Part shown: piece after piece, positions 49,043 through 59,260 of the stretch
Layout of the letters: every line of letters starts with the position of its first letter
Position numbering within the stretch: the stretch's first letter is position 1
Assembly (NCBI GenBank): GCA_963737265.1
Contig: CAVTRY010000016.1
Coordinates: 1-64,000, forward strand
Length of the DNA: 64,000 nt
Reading direction: 5' to 3'
Origin: an uncultured delta proteobacterium
Lineage (GTDB): Bacteria; Myxococcota_A; Polyangia; Fen-1088
Translations under genes and position numbers: made by a program
Notes under the pieces: generated by a model
Seen by the model: the letters and a program-made list of their open reading frames with translations, nothing else
What the model was told of the DNA's origin: nothing
The model's database searches: none

Positions 49043-51292
49043 CTAGCTCCCGCCGCGCGCGCCCGTGCTCGCGGCGATGACGCCGTGGAGCTTGTCGATG
49101 CTGGCCGGCTTGGCCAGATGACGATCGAATCCGGCCGCGCGCGCCTTGGCGACGTCCTCGGCCTGCGCATAACCGCTGAGCGCGACCAGGAAGGTGACCC
49201 GCAGCGCTTCGTCGGCGCGGAAGGCCCGGGCCACGGCGTATCCGTCCATGCCGGGAAGTCCGATGTCGCACAGGACCGCGTCGGGCTTGAACGCGCGGGC
49301 CTTCTCCAGGCCACTTCGGCCGCTGCGGGCGATCTCGACGACGTGGTCGTCGACCTGCAGAGCGGCCCGCAGCCCCTCGGCGATCTCGACGTCGTCCTCG
49401 ATCACCAGGACGCGTTTCCTCGCGCCGGCCTCTGCTTCATCGGCAGCGCCGTTGTCGGGGAGGGCGGCCCGCCCGAGCGGCAAGCGGACGACGAACTCGG
49501 CGCCCTGGCCGCGTCCCCCGCTGCTTGCGGTGACGTCGCCTCCATGAAGCTCGACGAGCCCCTTGACCAGCGCCAACCCCAGGCCCAACCCTCCGGCCGT
49601 GCGCTCCAGGCTGCGGTCCCCCTGCATGAAGGGCTGGAAGAGATGGGGGAGCAGGGAAGGCTCGATGCCGGTCCCCGAGTCGGTGACCGTCAGAACGGCC
49701 CAACGGCCTTCGCCCGGACCGACGGAGACCCGCACCGTCCCCCCGGAGGGCGTGAACTTCGCTGCGTTGGTCAGCAGGTTCGTCACCACCTGCGCGATCC
49801 GGGCGCCGTCGGCGTCGACGTAGAGCGGTCGCTCCACCAGAGGCGCGCTGAAGGTGACGCCGCCCCGTTCGAGGTGAGGGCGGTTGTCTTCGAGCGTCTC
49901 GCGCACCAGAGCATTGACGTCGAGTCGCTCCCGGCGGAGTTGAATCTTGTTCTGGGTGATGCGCGTGACGTCGAGCAGGCCATCGACCATCCCGACCAGG
50001 TGACCGATCTGCCGGTCGATGACCTTGGTGGCCCGGGCGGCCGGCTCGTTGCCGGGCGTAAAATGCTCGAGCACATAGAGGTTGGTCCGGATCGCGGCCA
50101 ACGGATTGCGCAGCTCGTGCGAGAGCATGGCAATGAACGCGCTCTTGCGCTCATCGGCCTCGCGCAGCTCGTCGACCAGCCGATGCTGGGCGGTGATGTC
50201 GTGACTCATCGCCAGGATCTGGCGAATCTCTCCGTCCGGATCGCTGAGCGGAACGACCGTCCACTGGCGCACGGACCGTCGCCCATCCGGGAGCGTCACG
50301 GTGAGGTCGTAGGTCTGGCGCTCCCCGGTCGCGACGGCACGCTCGCTGTGAGCGTGAAGCGGGAGCCAGATCGTCGCCGGCCAGACCTCTTCTCCCGGCT
50401 GTCCCAGGATCTCGGCCGCCGTTCGTCCGCACATCGCCGGACAGATCCGCGCCAGCGCCGGGTTGATGTAGACGATGCGGCCGTCGCGGCTGTAGAGGAT
50501 CAGATTGTCCGGCATGTTTTCGACGGTGGTCCGAAACAGCTCCTCGGTCTCCCGCAGCTTGTCCGCCTGGGCGCGCGCGCCGAGGAGGTTGTGGGCGTCC
50601 GTCGATGCGGCGCGCTCGATGGCGTCGGTGCACTGGCGAGCGACCAGATCGAGGAGGTGCAGCTCCTTCTCGCGGGGGCGCCAGGGTTGGCGGTGCTGGG
50701 TCGTCAAAAGGCCAACCAGCTCTCCGTCGGCGGACCGGAGCGGCGTCGACTGAAACGCGCGGATGTCCGCTGTCGGCAACAGCTCCCGGACCGGGTCCGG
50801 CACCTGGTCGACGAGCGTGTCCGCGATGAGGATCCGTTCGCCTCGTGTGAGATGCGCCTCGTGGAGCGCCTGCGCCTCGTGGAGCGCCTGCGCCTCGTGG
50901 AGCGCCTGCGCCTCGTGGAGCGCCTGCGCCTCGTGGAGCGCCTGCGCCTCGTGCAGCGCTTGATCGCTCCGCAGGCTCCCCGGTGCGTCCGCGCGCTCGC
51001 CCCTCCGGTGCGCTGCCACCTTCAGCGCGGCGGGGCTGCCCGCGAGCGTGGCGATGAAACCGATGTCCGCACCGACGATCGCCATCGCCGCATCGATCGC
51101 GTCCGCGAGCAGAGCCGGGAGATTGCCCTCACGAACGAAGCGGCTGGCCATCCCGTGCAGTCGGCGCATGGTATCGAGCTCGACGATCAGACGAGAGTTC
51201 CCCTGCCCATCGCGCCCACCTTGCCCCGAAATCATGCGCGCGCATTTTAGGGCCCGTCCTCGCTGGAGAAGAAGACTTTCCTTACTCTCCAA
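49043..51292 (-). CDS. Hybrid histidine kinase GAF-PAS-HisKA-HATPase-REC (start uncertain)
   Basis: [33 protein letters not shown]. Confidence 0.92.
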   Translation of the reverse strand: MESKESLLLQRGRALKCARMISGQGGRDGQGNSRLIVELDTMRRLHGMASRFVREGNLPALLADAIDAAMAIVGADIGFIATLAGSPAALKVAAHRRGERADAPGSLRSDQALHEAQALHEAQALHEAQALHEAQALHEAQALHEAHLTRGERILIADTLVDQVPDPVRELLPTADIRAFQSTPLRSADGELVGLLTTQHRQPWRPREKELHLLDLVARQCTDAIERAASTDAHNLLGARAQADKLRETEELFRTTVENMPDNLILYSRDGRIVYINPALARICPAMCGRTAAEILGQPGEEVWPATIWLPLHAHSERAVATGERQTYDLTVTLPDGRRSVRQWTVVPLSDPDGEIRQILAMSHDITAQHRLVDELREADERKSAFIAMLSHELRNPLAAIRTNLYVLEHFTPGNEPAARATKVIDRQIGHLVGMVDGLLDVTRITQNKIQLRRERLDVNALVRETLEDNRPHLERGGVTFSAPLVERPLYVDADGARIAQVVTNLLTNAAKFTPSGGTVRVSVGPGEGRWAVLTVTDSGTGIEPSLLPHLFQPFMQGDRSLERTAGGLGLGLALVKGLVELHGGDVTASSGGRGQGAEFVVRLPLGRAALPDNGAADEAEAGARKRVLVIEDDVEIAEGLRAALQVDDHVVEIARSGRSGLEKARAFKPDAVLCDIGLPGMDGYAVARAFRADEALRVTFLVALSGYAQAEDVAKARAAGFDRHLAKPASIDKLHGVIAASTGARGGS
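50853..50960 (-). repeat. 18-bp tandem repeat x6 encoding ALHEAQ inside the GAF domain
   Basis: TGCGCCTCGTGGAGCGCC x5 perfect plus one copy with 2 mismatches. Confidence 0.95.
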
Positions 51293-51447
51293 CGATCACA
51301 GCAACGCCCTGCGATATCGAACGTTGGCGCCAGGGGCGGCGGCACGCTCGATGCGCCGCTTCGACAACGGGCCCGTGATCCAGGATCGCTGGTGCGAAAA
51401 CGGAGAGCGGCGCTTGCTGAAGCGGTCGCGGGACACACCTTTGTCGC

Positions 51448-51729
51448 ATGGCGACGAAGGCGGAACGGTACCGGAGCGCGGCCGAACGGTCGGGACCCAA
51501 GCGAACGCCGCGACTAAAAAAAACGCATCCGTCGCGCGGAACACACAACCAGGCGGCGCGGGTTTCGGCACACGCCGGCTTCCAACTGGAAGAAAAAACG
51601 GCGGCGGGGCACCCATCGCGGAAGTCGACCCGCAAGGCGGCCAATCGACAGAAGGCCGGTGTGTCGCTGGGATTGCGGCAGACCGCGCGGCTGGGCTCAC
51701 CCAAGGGCCGCAGCACAAAAAAGCGCTGA
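51448..51729 (+). CDS. Small basic hypothetical protein
   Basis: MATKAERY..ERSGP...PSRKSTRK; very Lys/Arg-rich. Confidence 0.6.
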   Translation: MATKAERYRSAAERSGPKRTPRLKKTHPSRGTHNQAARVSAHAGFQLEEKTAAGHPSRKSTRKAANRQKAGVSLGLRQTARLGSPKGRSTKKR

Positions 51730-51915
51730 TCCGCGATCACCGAGATCGCACCTCCGGGGCGCGTCTGGGCTAGGCGGTCCCGGTGACAGCGCGCGCCCGT
51801 GGTCCGAAGCGGGCCCGGTAGGCCAGCGGCGGCGCGCCGGTGTGCCGAACAGCCAGTCCTGCGCCCGACGGATCTCCTCGTCGTCGTGACCGGAGCGCGG
51901 CGGCGTGGCGCCGTA

Positions 51916-52044
51916 GCCTTCCCGTTTCGCGCCGGCATCCACGTTCACTACCAGGAGACGGTGCTGCACCTCGACGACGGCGTCCCCAAGCAGAAGGATC
52001 TACCGGCCGAGATGGGTGGCTCGAACCAGCTCATCGCAGCCTGA
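51916..52044 (+). pseudogene. C-terminal remnant of a GFA/CENP-V family protein
   Basis: FPFRAGIHVHYQETVL...DGVPKQKDLPAEMGGS; Cys-rich N-terminus absent. Confidence 0.6.
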
Positions 52045-52060
52045 CGGCGGCGGGCGCCGC

Positions 52061-54160
52061 TCAGTCGGCGCCCGTCACGCGCGCGGGGAGGACCACCATC
52101 GTCGCGCCGGCCCAGTAGAGGCGCTTCTGGATCGAGAGCGCGGTCTCGTTGTGCAAGAAGCGCTGGTACCAGCGCTCGTGCTCGAACACCACCTTGCCGG
52201 CGAAGAAGGTGACCACCGAGTAGTTCCGCATGATCGAGAGACAAAGCTTCTCGGCCTCCGCCACCGCGTCGGTGCCGACGGTGAAGTGATATTCGGACGG
52301 GATGCCCAGCTCGGTCGCCACCGCGCCGTAGCGTTTGAGCATCGCCTCGGTGCTCGCCTCCAGGGATTCGACCGCCTCCGCCCCCTTGAAGCCCCCGGAG
52401 TCGATCACGCCGACCGAGACGAACACCAGGTTCTTGAAGTGCGCCGGGAAGGCGCGGAACACGTTGAGGATGGTGTGGATGCCGATGCCGCCGAAGTTCG
52501 GCACCAGCACGGCCGCGGTCGGCGCGCGCCGGTCGGCGATCGGGATGGGCCTCAGGTCCGGCGAAGCGCCGATGTGCTTCACGTCTTGATAGAGCTGCGC
52601 CAATTTGAGGCGCACCCGCCGGTAGTGACCACGAATGACGAAGCAGAGCCCGATCACGGCGCCGGTGCAGAGGAGGGTGATCCAGCCACCCTCCTTGAAC
52701 TTCTCCATCACGGTGATGGTCAGGATCGTCGCGCAGAGCGCGAAGCCGACGCCGAACAGCAAGATCTTGCGGTGCCAGTGCCGCGCCTCGCGGCGGGTCT
52801 TCCAGGTGTGGCGGAGCATGCCGAACATCGACAGCGAGAAGGTCAGGAAGACGTTGATGCTGTACATGACGACCAGCGTTCCGACGTCGCCCTTGGTGTA
52901 GAGCAGCGCCACCAGCGAGGTCGCGCCCATCAGCACGATGCCGTTGTGGGTGGTCAGCCGATCCGACAGGGCGGCGAACCGCCGCGGCACCCAGGAGTCG
53001 ACCGCCATGTTCGCCAGGACGCGCGGCCCGTCGATGAAGCCGGCCTGCGCGGCGACGACCAGCAGAATCCCTTCGGACAGCATGGTCACCACGACCAGCA
53101 CGCGGCCGAGCGGGAGGTGCTCGGTCATGCGCTCGGCGAGCACGGCGTTCATCGTCTTGCCGTTTTCCGGCGTGATGTGCCAGAGCAGATAGCAGATGAG
53201 GAGCCCGGAGGCGGTGAAGGCCAGCGACGTCGCCATGTAGACCATCGTCCGCTTGGCGGTCTGCACGCGCGGCTCGCGCATGATGGGCAGGCCGTTCGAG
53301 ACCGCCTCGATCCCGGTGTAGGTCCCGCCGCCGAGGGAGTAGGCGTGCACGAACAGCAGGAGCATCCCGCCCATCCCCAGCGTGCCGAGGCCGTGGTGAA
53401 AGCCGGTACCGACGGCGCGCGCCGTGGCGGGCAGCTCGGGGGCGTGGACCAGGATGCCTCCCACGATGAGCGCCAGGTGGGTCACGCAAAACAGCAGGAA
53501 GACCGGCGCCAGCGCCATGGCCGACTCCTTCGCCCCGCGGAGGTTGAGCGTGGTGAGCGCGGCGATGAAGGTGATCTCGAGCGGCATCTTGAGCGCGATC
53601 CACCCGGGGGGGAGAAAGCTGAAGATGGCGTCGCCGGCCGCGGCGATCGAGACGGTGATGGTGAGGATGTAGTCGACCAGCAGCGCGGAGCCCGAGGTGA
53701 CGCCGGCCGCCTTTCCGAGCAGCTTGGTGGCGACCACATAGCCGCCGCCGCCGTGCGGGAACTGCTCGATGATGCCGCGATACGCGGCCGAGATGATGAA
53801 CACCGTCATCGCCATGACCGCGGCGAGCGCGACCGCCAGGTAGGTGTGCTCGTGGAGGTTCCGGAACGCCTCCTCAGGACCGTAGGCAGACGAGGAGAGC
53901 CCGTCGGCCCCCAGGCCCACCCAGGCCAGGAACGGGATCAGCGAGATGTGGTGGAAGATCCGCGAGTCGTGGAGGTCGCGCGGGCTGCCGAACAGCGCGC
54001 GTTTGACGCGCACGCCGAACGAACGGTCGCTTTCATAGCTTCCGGAGATCTCCGAGGTGACCGAGGTTGCCCGCGGAACGCCGTCCGCGAGCGGGGGGGG
54101 GACTGCTCGGCCGGTGCAGCAACAGACGACGAAGACTCCGGTTGACTCATGCGAAGGCAT
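52061..54160 (-). CDS. APC-family permease, KimA-like K+ transporter (real start probably downstream of 54160)
   Basis: GADGLSSSAYGPEE, GGGGYVVA, TGIEAVSNG, KFKEGGW, LHNETA C-terminal domain. Confidence 0.88.
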   Translation of the reverse strand: MPSHESTGVFVVCCCTGRAVPPPLADGVPRATSVTSEISGSYESDRSFGVRVKRALFGSPRDLHDSRIFHHISLIPFLAWVGLGADGLSSSAYGPEEAFRNLHEHTYLAVALAAVMAMTVFIISAAYRGIIEQFPHGGGGYVVATKLLGKAAGVTSGSALLVDYILTITVSIAAAGDAIFSFLPPGWIALKMPLEITFIAALTTLNLRGAKESAMALAPVFLLFCVTHLALIVGGILVHAPELPATARAVGTGFHHGLGTLGMGGMLLLFVHAYSLGGGTYTGIEAVSNGLPIMREPRVQTAKRTMVYMATSLAFTASGLLICYLLWHITPENGKTMNAVLAERMTEHLPLGRVLVVVTMLSEGILLVVAAQAGFIDGPRVLANMAVDSWVPRRFAALSDRLTTHNGIVLMGATSLVALLYTKGDVGTLVVMYSINVFLTFSLSMFGMLRHTWKTRREARHWHRKILLFGVGFALCATILTITVMEKFKEGGWITLLCTGAVIGLCFVIRGHYRRVRLKLAQLYQDVKHIGASPDLRPIPIADRRAPTAAVLVPNFGGIGIHTILNVFRAFPAHFKNLVFVSVGVIDSGGFKGAEAVESLEASTEAMLKRYGAVATELGIPSEYHFTVGTDAVAEAEKLCLSIMRNYSVVTFFAGKVVFEHERWYQRFLHNETALSIQKRLYWAGATMVVLPARVTGAD

Positions 54161-54169
54161 GCTACCTAC

Positions 54170-54185
54170 GCAATGTGTATGCCTT
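54170..54185 (-). promoter_or_regulatory. Sigma-54 (-24/-12) promoter of the KimA-like gene
   Basis: AGGCAT-ACACA-TTGC, GG-N10-GC spacing, AT-rich upstream region. Confidence 0.65.
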
Positions 54186-54269
54186 GTTTCCGCGACGGTA
54201 ATTGCCTGTAAAAATCATGCGTTATGCTTCATCCCGCATTGCAAAACACAACGAACCAGGGTGGTCAGG

Positions 54270-54284
54270 GTTGCATATTGAAAC
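54270..54284. promoter_or_regulatory. Imperfect palindrome, candidate enhancer-binding-protein site
   Basis: GTTGCATATTGAAAC about 85-100 bp upstream of the sigma-54 motif. Confidence 0.4.
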
Positions 54285-54310
54285 GATTCGCCTGACCGCG
54301 ACCGCGGGGG

Positions 54311-55201
54311 CTATCGCGTTCCGCTGAACCCCTCTTTGGCCAGCGCCTCCTGGAGAGCTGCCAAGCTTCCATCGCAGGCAGCCACCAGCTCCGGCGCGCG
54401 GCGAAGCGCCAGCGCGAGCGAGCGAACGTTGCTGTTGCGGCGCGAGAGCGCGACCAGCTCGGCCGAGAGCTTGTCGAAGCGGCCGAGAGCCGCGCTGGCC
54501 GCGTCGAGCTGCCGCACCAGCGGGGCGCTGGCGCCCGCGCCGAGGCCCTTGAGCGCGTCCCGCGCGACGCCGAGCCGCTCCGTCATCTGCTTTTCGATCT
54601 TCGTCATCGCCGAATCGTCGGACTCCGCGATGTGCGGGGCCTGCAGGATCTGGATCTCGCGCACCGCCAGCTCGGCGCGCGCCACCAGCCCATCGACGCG
54701 ACAGCAATCCTTCGCCGGCGCCAGCTGCGCGGCGGTCTGCAGAGCGTCCCGGAATCCGTCGGCAGTCTCTCGAACGGGGCCGAACGAGAGGCGCTGCGCC
54801 TTGAGGTTGGTGTTCTGGACCGCCAGGTCGAGGACCTCGTGGTCGAGCTTGCGGTAGGCGGCAAAGTGATCGCTGAAGTCCTGCAGCGCTCGCTGCTCGG
54901 GGGCGTAGCCGAGACTCTGCAGCCGCCCCGAGAGCGCCGTCGAGTCACTTTCGATCGCGCCCACGGCTTTGTCGGCTTCGCGGGCGAACGCGACCGACTC
55001 CTCGTCCGTGTCGGCCATGACGGCGCGATCTGAGGCGTTCGAGGTCTTGGCCAGCTGAACGCGCAGATCGTCGGCCAGGCGGCGCGCCTCGGCGAGCTGC
55101 GTGAACGCCGGATCGGGCGCGTTCCGGCAACCGGGAACCGCCAAGCCGAGCGCGAGCGCGACGACGGTAGGGATGAGCCTGAGCGCGGCGATCCTGTTCA
55201 T
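54311..55201 (-). CDS. Lipoprotein made of MCP-like four-helix-bundle sensor modules, no signalling domain
   Basis: Lipobox VPGC; all-helical; internal duplication (LDLAVQNTNLKA / VALSRRNSNVRS). Confidence 0.75.
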   Translation of the reverse strand: MNRIAALRLIPTVVALALGLAVPGCRNAPDPAFTQLAEARRLADDLRVQLAKTSNASDRAVMADTDEESVAFAREADKAVGAIESDSTALSGRLQSLGYAPEQRALQDFSDHFAAYRKLDHEVLDLAVQNTNLKAQRLSFGPVRETADGFRDALQTAAQLAPAKDCCRVDGLVARAELAVREIQILQAPHIAESDDSAMTKIEKQMTERLGVARDALKGLGAGASAPLVRQLDAASAALGRFDKLSAELVALSRRNSNVRSLALALRRAPELVAACDGSLAALQEALAKEGFSGTR

Positions 55202-55469
55202 GCGGCCTCACCTTCGCAAGCAGGGAACGAATTCGCAAGTCGGGGACGCCGACGGTCGGCGGCGGCGCCACCGCCACCGCCTGGGCGATCCTTCGGCTGC
55301 CGCCATTCTGCTGCGTTGGAGGTTTCGAAATAGGAAGATCGTGCGATTAGAAATATTTGAGGACGCTCGTTGTCGACGGGTCGAAACAATCGCTTGGGAT
55401 CCATTTAACCGCGAAATGCGTTCTAACCGAGGGTCGAGCAGATAGTGTTCGAGGCATGGAGGACTCAAG

Positions 55470-57092
55470 ATGACCTCGGCGCCCACCACTGGAATCCTCG
55501 GCAAACCCAAGCTCTGGGTGCCGGGTGACTGGAACGCCTTCTTCGGGTTCGGCACCAACATTCTCGTGAATCTGCTGACGCTCAGCGCGTTGCTGAGGTT
55601 CGTCCTGCAGATGCCCGACGAGCTGGTGTTCAAGCGCATCCTCCCCGCGTCGGGGCTCATGATGTGTATGAGCACCTTCTATTACGCGTCGCTGGCCTAT
55701 CGGCTGGCGAAGAAGACGGGGCGCTCCGACGTCTGCGCGCTCCCTTCAGGGATCAGCGTTCCGCACATGTTCATCGTCACGCTGGTCATCATGTTGCCGG
55801 TCAAGCTGGCGACCGGTGATCCAATGAAGGGCTGGCAGGCGGGGCTGACCTGGGTGTTCATTCAGAGCTTCGTGCTGATGGCGGGCGGCTTCATTGCCCC
55901 CATCATCCGCCGGATCACGCCCAAGGCCGCTCTGCTCGGCGCCCTGGCAGGCGTCTCCATCACCTTCATCTCCATGAAGCCCGCGCTGGAGATGTTCCTG
56001 ACCCCGATGGTCGGGATCGTCTGCTTCGCGATCATTCTCGTCAGCTGGTTCGGCGGCGTGAAGTTCGGCGGCATTCCCGCCGGCCTGGTCGCGATCGCCG
56101 CGGGCACCATCATCGCCTGGGGCTCCAATCTGTTTGGCCTGCATTTCGGCGGAATGAGCGCCGAGGCGCTCAAGGGTTCCTTCCAGACGTTCAGCTTCTC
56201 CGTTCCGCATCCGGTGATTGGTCTGGTGCTCGGCGGGCTGCACTGGTCGTTCCTGAAAATAATTCTCGTCACCGCCATCCCCTTCGGCATCTACGACCTC
56301 GTCGAAGCGATGGACAACGTCGTCAGCGCCTCGGCGGCCGGCGACGAATATCCGACGACCCGCGTTCTGACCGCCGACGGCGTGGTCAGCCTCATCGGCT
56401 GCTTGATGGGAAATCCCTACATCAATGCCGTCTACATCGGGCATCCCGGCTGGAAGGCGATGGGCGGGCGCATCGGCTACTCGGCCGCCACGGGGGTGAT
56501 GGTCATCATCCTCTCCTGGTTCGGCATCATCTCGCTCATGACGGCGCTGATCCCGGTGGTGGCGATCTCGCCGATCTTGCTCTACATCGGCATGCTGATC
56601 GGCTCGCAGGCGTTTCAGGAGACGCCACGTCGCCACGCACCGGCGGTGGTCATCGCGCTGTTCCCCTCGCTGGCGGCCTGGGGCAAGCTGCAGATCGACA
56701 ACTCGCTCAGCGCCATCTCCGGCATCCACCTGGTGACCCCCGAGATGATCGGCAAGATGCAGCAGGTCGGCATCATGTACCACGGCCTGTCGATCCTCGG
56801 CGGTGGGTCGATCCTGGCCGGCGTCATCCTGGGGGCCACCACGACGTTCATCATTGATCGCAACTTCTCGAAGGCCGCGGGGTTCGCGGCCGCCGGGGGC
56901 GCGCTGACGTTCCTCGGCCTCATGCACGGCGAGGAGGTGGGCGCGTTCCAAAATCCCACCGTGGTGGTCGCTTATTTCGCGGTCGCCACCGTCCTTTACG
57001 CCTGCAGTCGCTTCTCCGCTGTGGTTCCGCTGCCGGCGTCGGCGCACGAAGAGCACGAAGAGCACGCGGAGCACGCGCTGGCACTGGAGTAG
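55470..57092 (+). CDS. NCS2/AzgA-like nucleobase permease
   Basis: About 13 TM; GDWNAFFG, ALPSGIS, AVYIGHPGWKAMGGRIGYS; GGAGG RBS. Confidence 0.8.
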   Translation: MTSAPTTGILGKPKLWVPGDWNAFFGFGTNILVNLLTLSALLRFVLQMPDELVFKRILPASGLMMCMSTFYYASLAYRLAKKTGRSDVCALPSGISVPHMFIVTLVIMLPVKLATGDPMKGWQAGLTWVFIQSFVLMAGGFIAPIIRRITPKAALLGALAGVSITFISMKPALEMFLTPMVGIVCFAIILVSWFGGVKFGGIPAGLVAIAAGTIIAWGSNLFGLHFGGMSAEALKGSFQTFSFSVPHPVIGLVLGGLHWSFLKIILVTAIPFGIYDLVEAMDNVVSASAAGDEYPTTRVLTADGVVSLIGCLMGNPYINAVYIGHPGWKAMGGRIGYSAATGVMVIILSWFGIISLMTALIPVVAISPILLYIGMLIGSQAFQETPRRHAPAVVIALFPSLAAWGKLQIDNSLSAISGIHLVTPEMIGKMQQVGIMYHGLSILGGGSILAGVILGATTTFIIDRNFSKAAGFAAAGGALTFLGLMHGEEVGAFQNPTVVVAYFAVATVLYACSRFSAVVPLPASAHEEHEEHAEHALALE

Positions 57093-57552
57093 GTTTAGCG
57101 ACTACAGGTGCGGCGCGGGCGCGTCCGAGGAATCGTTCGGTTCAGGGATTCCCTGGACCGTCGATGCTATCTTCCAGGCGCCTTGTCGATTCGCAAAGCG
57201 ATTGCCTGGTTGTTGGACGTCGGGGACGGAAGCGAGGTCGCCGCGCTCGAGGCGGCGCGCTCTCGCGATCGGCGAGAAGAGACCCGCCCGCATCAGACCC
57301 TCGAAGGCCCCCTCTACGGAGAGGCGGAGGCGATTCGCGTTCTCTATCAGACGGGCATTCAGGAAGAGAGCCCCCCGAAGCCGCCGCGTCCGAAGAGTGG
57401 GCGTGGATTGTGGGTCGCGCGCTACGTGAATTCGTTGAGCTCCTCGCTGCCCGAGCCCGCCGCGGCGAAAGCCTAGGTCGGCGTCAGCGGCCAGTCGGGT
57501 CCGAGCCCGGTTGTCGCGGAGGCGCGCGGCGCGGGTGTAGCCTCCGGGGCAA

Positions 57553-59223
57553 GTGCCCACGACGAGAGCCCCCGCGCAGCCGGAGAGGCCGGAGCCCTGG
57601 CGCCGGGCCTTGCTGGTCTCGTTGCCCGGCCTGGCGTTCCTGCTGGGCTGCTTCCCCCTGGCCGACTTCGATGTCTGGTGGCACCTGCGCACCGGGCAGC
57701 TGATCCTCGCAACCCACACGGTCCCGCGCTTCGACCTCTTCACGTACACGAACGCCACCCGGCCCTGGATCGACGTCTACTGGCTGTACCAGGTCGGGAT
57801 GGCGCTGCTCTACCGCGCGGGTGGCGCGTCCGCGCTGGTGCTGCTGAAAGCGATCGCTGGCGCGGGGATCGTCGGCCTTTCCCTGCTGGGGCGCCGGCCG
57901 GGTCACCGTGCCTGGCCCGTGGCCCTCGCCTGGCTCCCCGGCGTGTTGATGGTCTCCGGGCGCCTCTCCGAACGGCCGGAGGCCGCCGCGCTGGTGTTGC
58001 TCACCGCCTATTTGGTTCTGCTGGCGCGCGCGCCCAGGGCACCGCGTGGGCTCTGGCTGCTGCCGATTCTTCAGCTGCTGTGGGTCAACTGCCACGGGTT
58101 CTTCGTGCTCGGTCCGTTCGTGCTCGCGGCCTACGCGACGGAGTGGGTGGTCGAGCGGCTAAGACCCGCCGCGCTGCCCGCGGACCGTCCCCCAGCGCGC
58201 ACCTTCGTCGCCGCCGGCCTCTTGTCCCTGCTCGCCTGTTTGATCAATCCGTACGGGGCCAGGGTCGTGACATTGCCCCTCGAACAGTTCCTCAAGCTCG
58301 GCAGCGCCGCCGGCCTCTATCGCGGCACCATCGGCGAGCTGAAGACGGCGGGGGACTTCATTGCCGCCGCTGGTCTCTGGAACCCCTACCTGCTCGCCTA
58401 TTTCGCCACCATCCTGCTGGGCTTGGTCAGCTTCGTCGTGTGCGCGCGGCGCGCCCAGCTGCGCCTGTTTCGGGCGCTGCTCTTCACCGCGGGTGCCTAT
58501 CTCGCCTGGCAGGCCACCCGCAACAACGGCCTCTTCGGGGTGCTCGCCGTGCTCGTCACGACGTGGAATTTCGACGACGCCCTGGCTGCCCGCCCCCCCG
58601 CTGACGCCGCGCCCGCGAAGAAGGCGCGCCGGCGAGCTCCCGCCGGCAAGGCCGCGAAGGAATCAAGAGCCTCGAAGGCCCGCCGTCGGCCAGAACCAAA
58701 CGCCGTCTTGCTCCTCGCTGTCGGCGCGCTCGGATTGGCCGTCGCGACGGGCAGGCTCTATGCCTGGTCCGGCGAAGGTCGTCGGGTGGGATTGGGCGAG
58801 CGGCCCCGCTGGTTCGCCCACGACGCCTGCGCGTTCCTGGCGCGACCGGATCTCCCCGCGCGCATCGTCGCCTACAACATCAGCCAGGCCGCGGTTTGCA
58901 TCGCGCACAGCGCGCCCCAACACAAGCAGTTCATGGACCCCCGGCTGGAGGTCAACACGCAAGAGACCTTCGAACGCTACCTGGCCGGAATCCGACGGCT
59001 GTGGAACAACGACGTCAGCTGGGAAAACGCCCTGGGCATCGACTACGGCCGGCCGGAGGAGATCCCCGCCATCCTGATCGAGCGCGGGCCTCTGGGGCGC
59101 GCCGCGGAGATCCTGGGCCACGATCCGCGCTGGCGCTGCGTCTTCGCCGATCAGCTGGCCACGGTGTTCGTGGCGACGCGCTTCGCCGAGCAGCACCAGT
59201 TGCCGGCGGTCCCCCTTCATTGA
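57553..59223 (+). CDS. Polytopic membrane protein, GT-C glycosyltransferase-like
   Basis: DFDVWWHLRTG first loop, WIDVYWLYQV, RPE, LWVNCHG, INPYG, FMDPRLE. Confidence 0.7.
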   Translation: MPTTRAPAQPERPEPWRRALLVSLPGLAFLLGCFPLADFDVWWHLRTGQLILATHTVPRFDLFTYTNATRPWIDVYWLYQVGMALLYRAGGASALVLLKAIAGAGIVGLSLLGRRPGHRAWPVALAWLPGVLMVSGRLSERPEAAALVLLTAYLVLLARAPRAPRGLWLLPILQLLWVNCHGFFVLGPFVLAAYATEWVVERLRPAALPADRPPARTFVAAGLLSLLACLINPYGARVVTLPLEQFLKLGSAAGLYRGTIGELKTAGDFIAAAGLWNPYLLAYFATILLGLVSFVVCARRAQLRLFRALLFTAGAYLAWQATRNNGLFGVLAVLVTTWNFDDALAARPPADAAPAKKARRRAPAGKAAKESRASKARRRPEPNAVLLLAVGALGLAVATGRLYAWSGEGRRVGLGERPRWFAHDACAFLARPDLPARIVAYNISQAAVCIAHSAPQHKQFMDPRLEVNTQETFERYLAGIRRLWNNDVSWENALGIDYGRPEEIPAILIERGPLGRAAEILGHDPRWRCVFADQLATVFVATRFAEQHQLPAVPLH

Positions 59224-59260
59224 GGCCGTCCGGTGGAACCCGAAGCGAGGACGGTGGACC

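Noticed and set aside
50853-50960. CRISPR array
   Set aside because: Contiguous repeats without spacers, in frame in a CDS; no cas genes.
54161-54310. c-di-AMP (ydaO) riboswitch before the KimA-like gene
   Set aside because: No recognisable conserved elements by eye; a sigma-54 promoter fits better. An Infernal/Rfam scan would settle it.
55198-55404. 68-aa ORF overlapping the four-helix-bundle gene start; also 57108-57476 and ORFs in 1069-1620
   Set aside because: No motifs and atypical codon usage; not supportable as genes.
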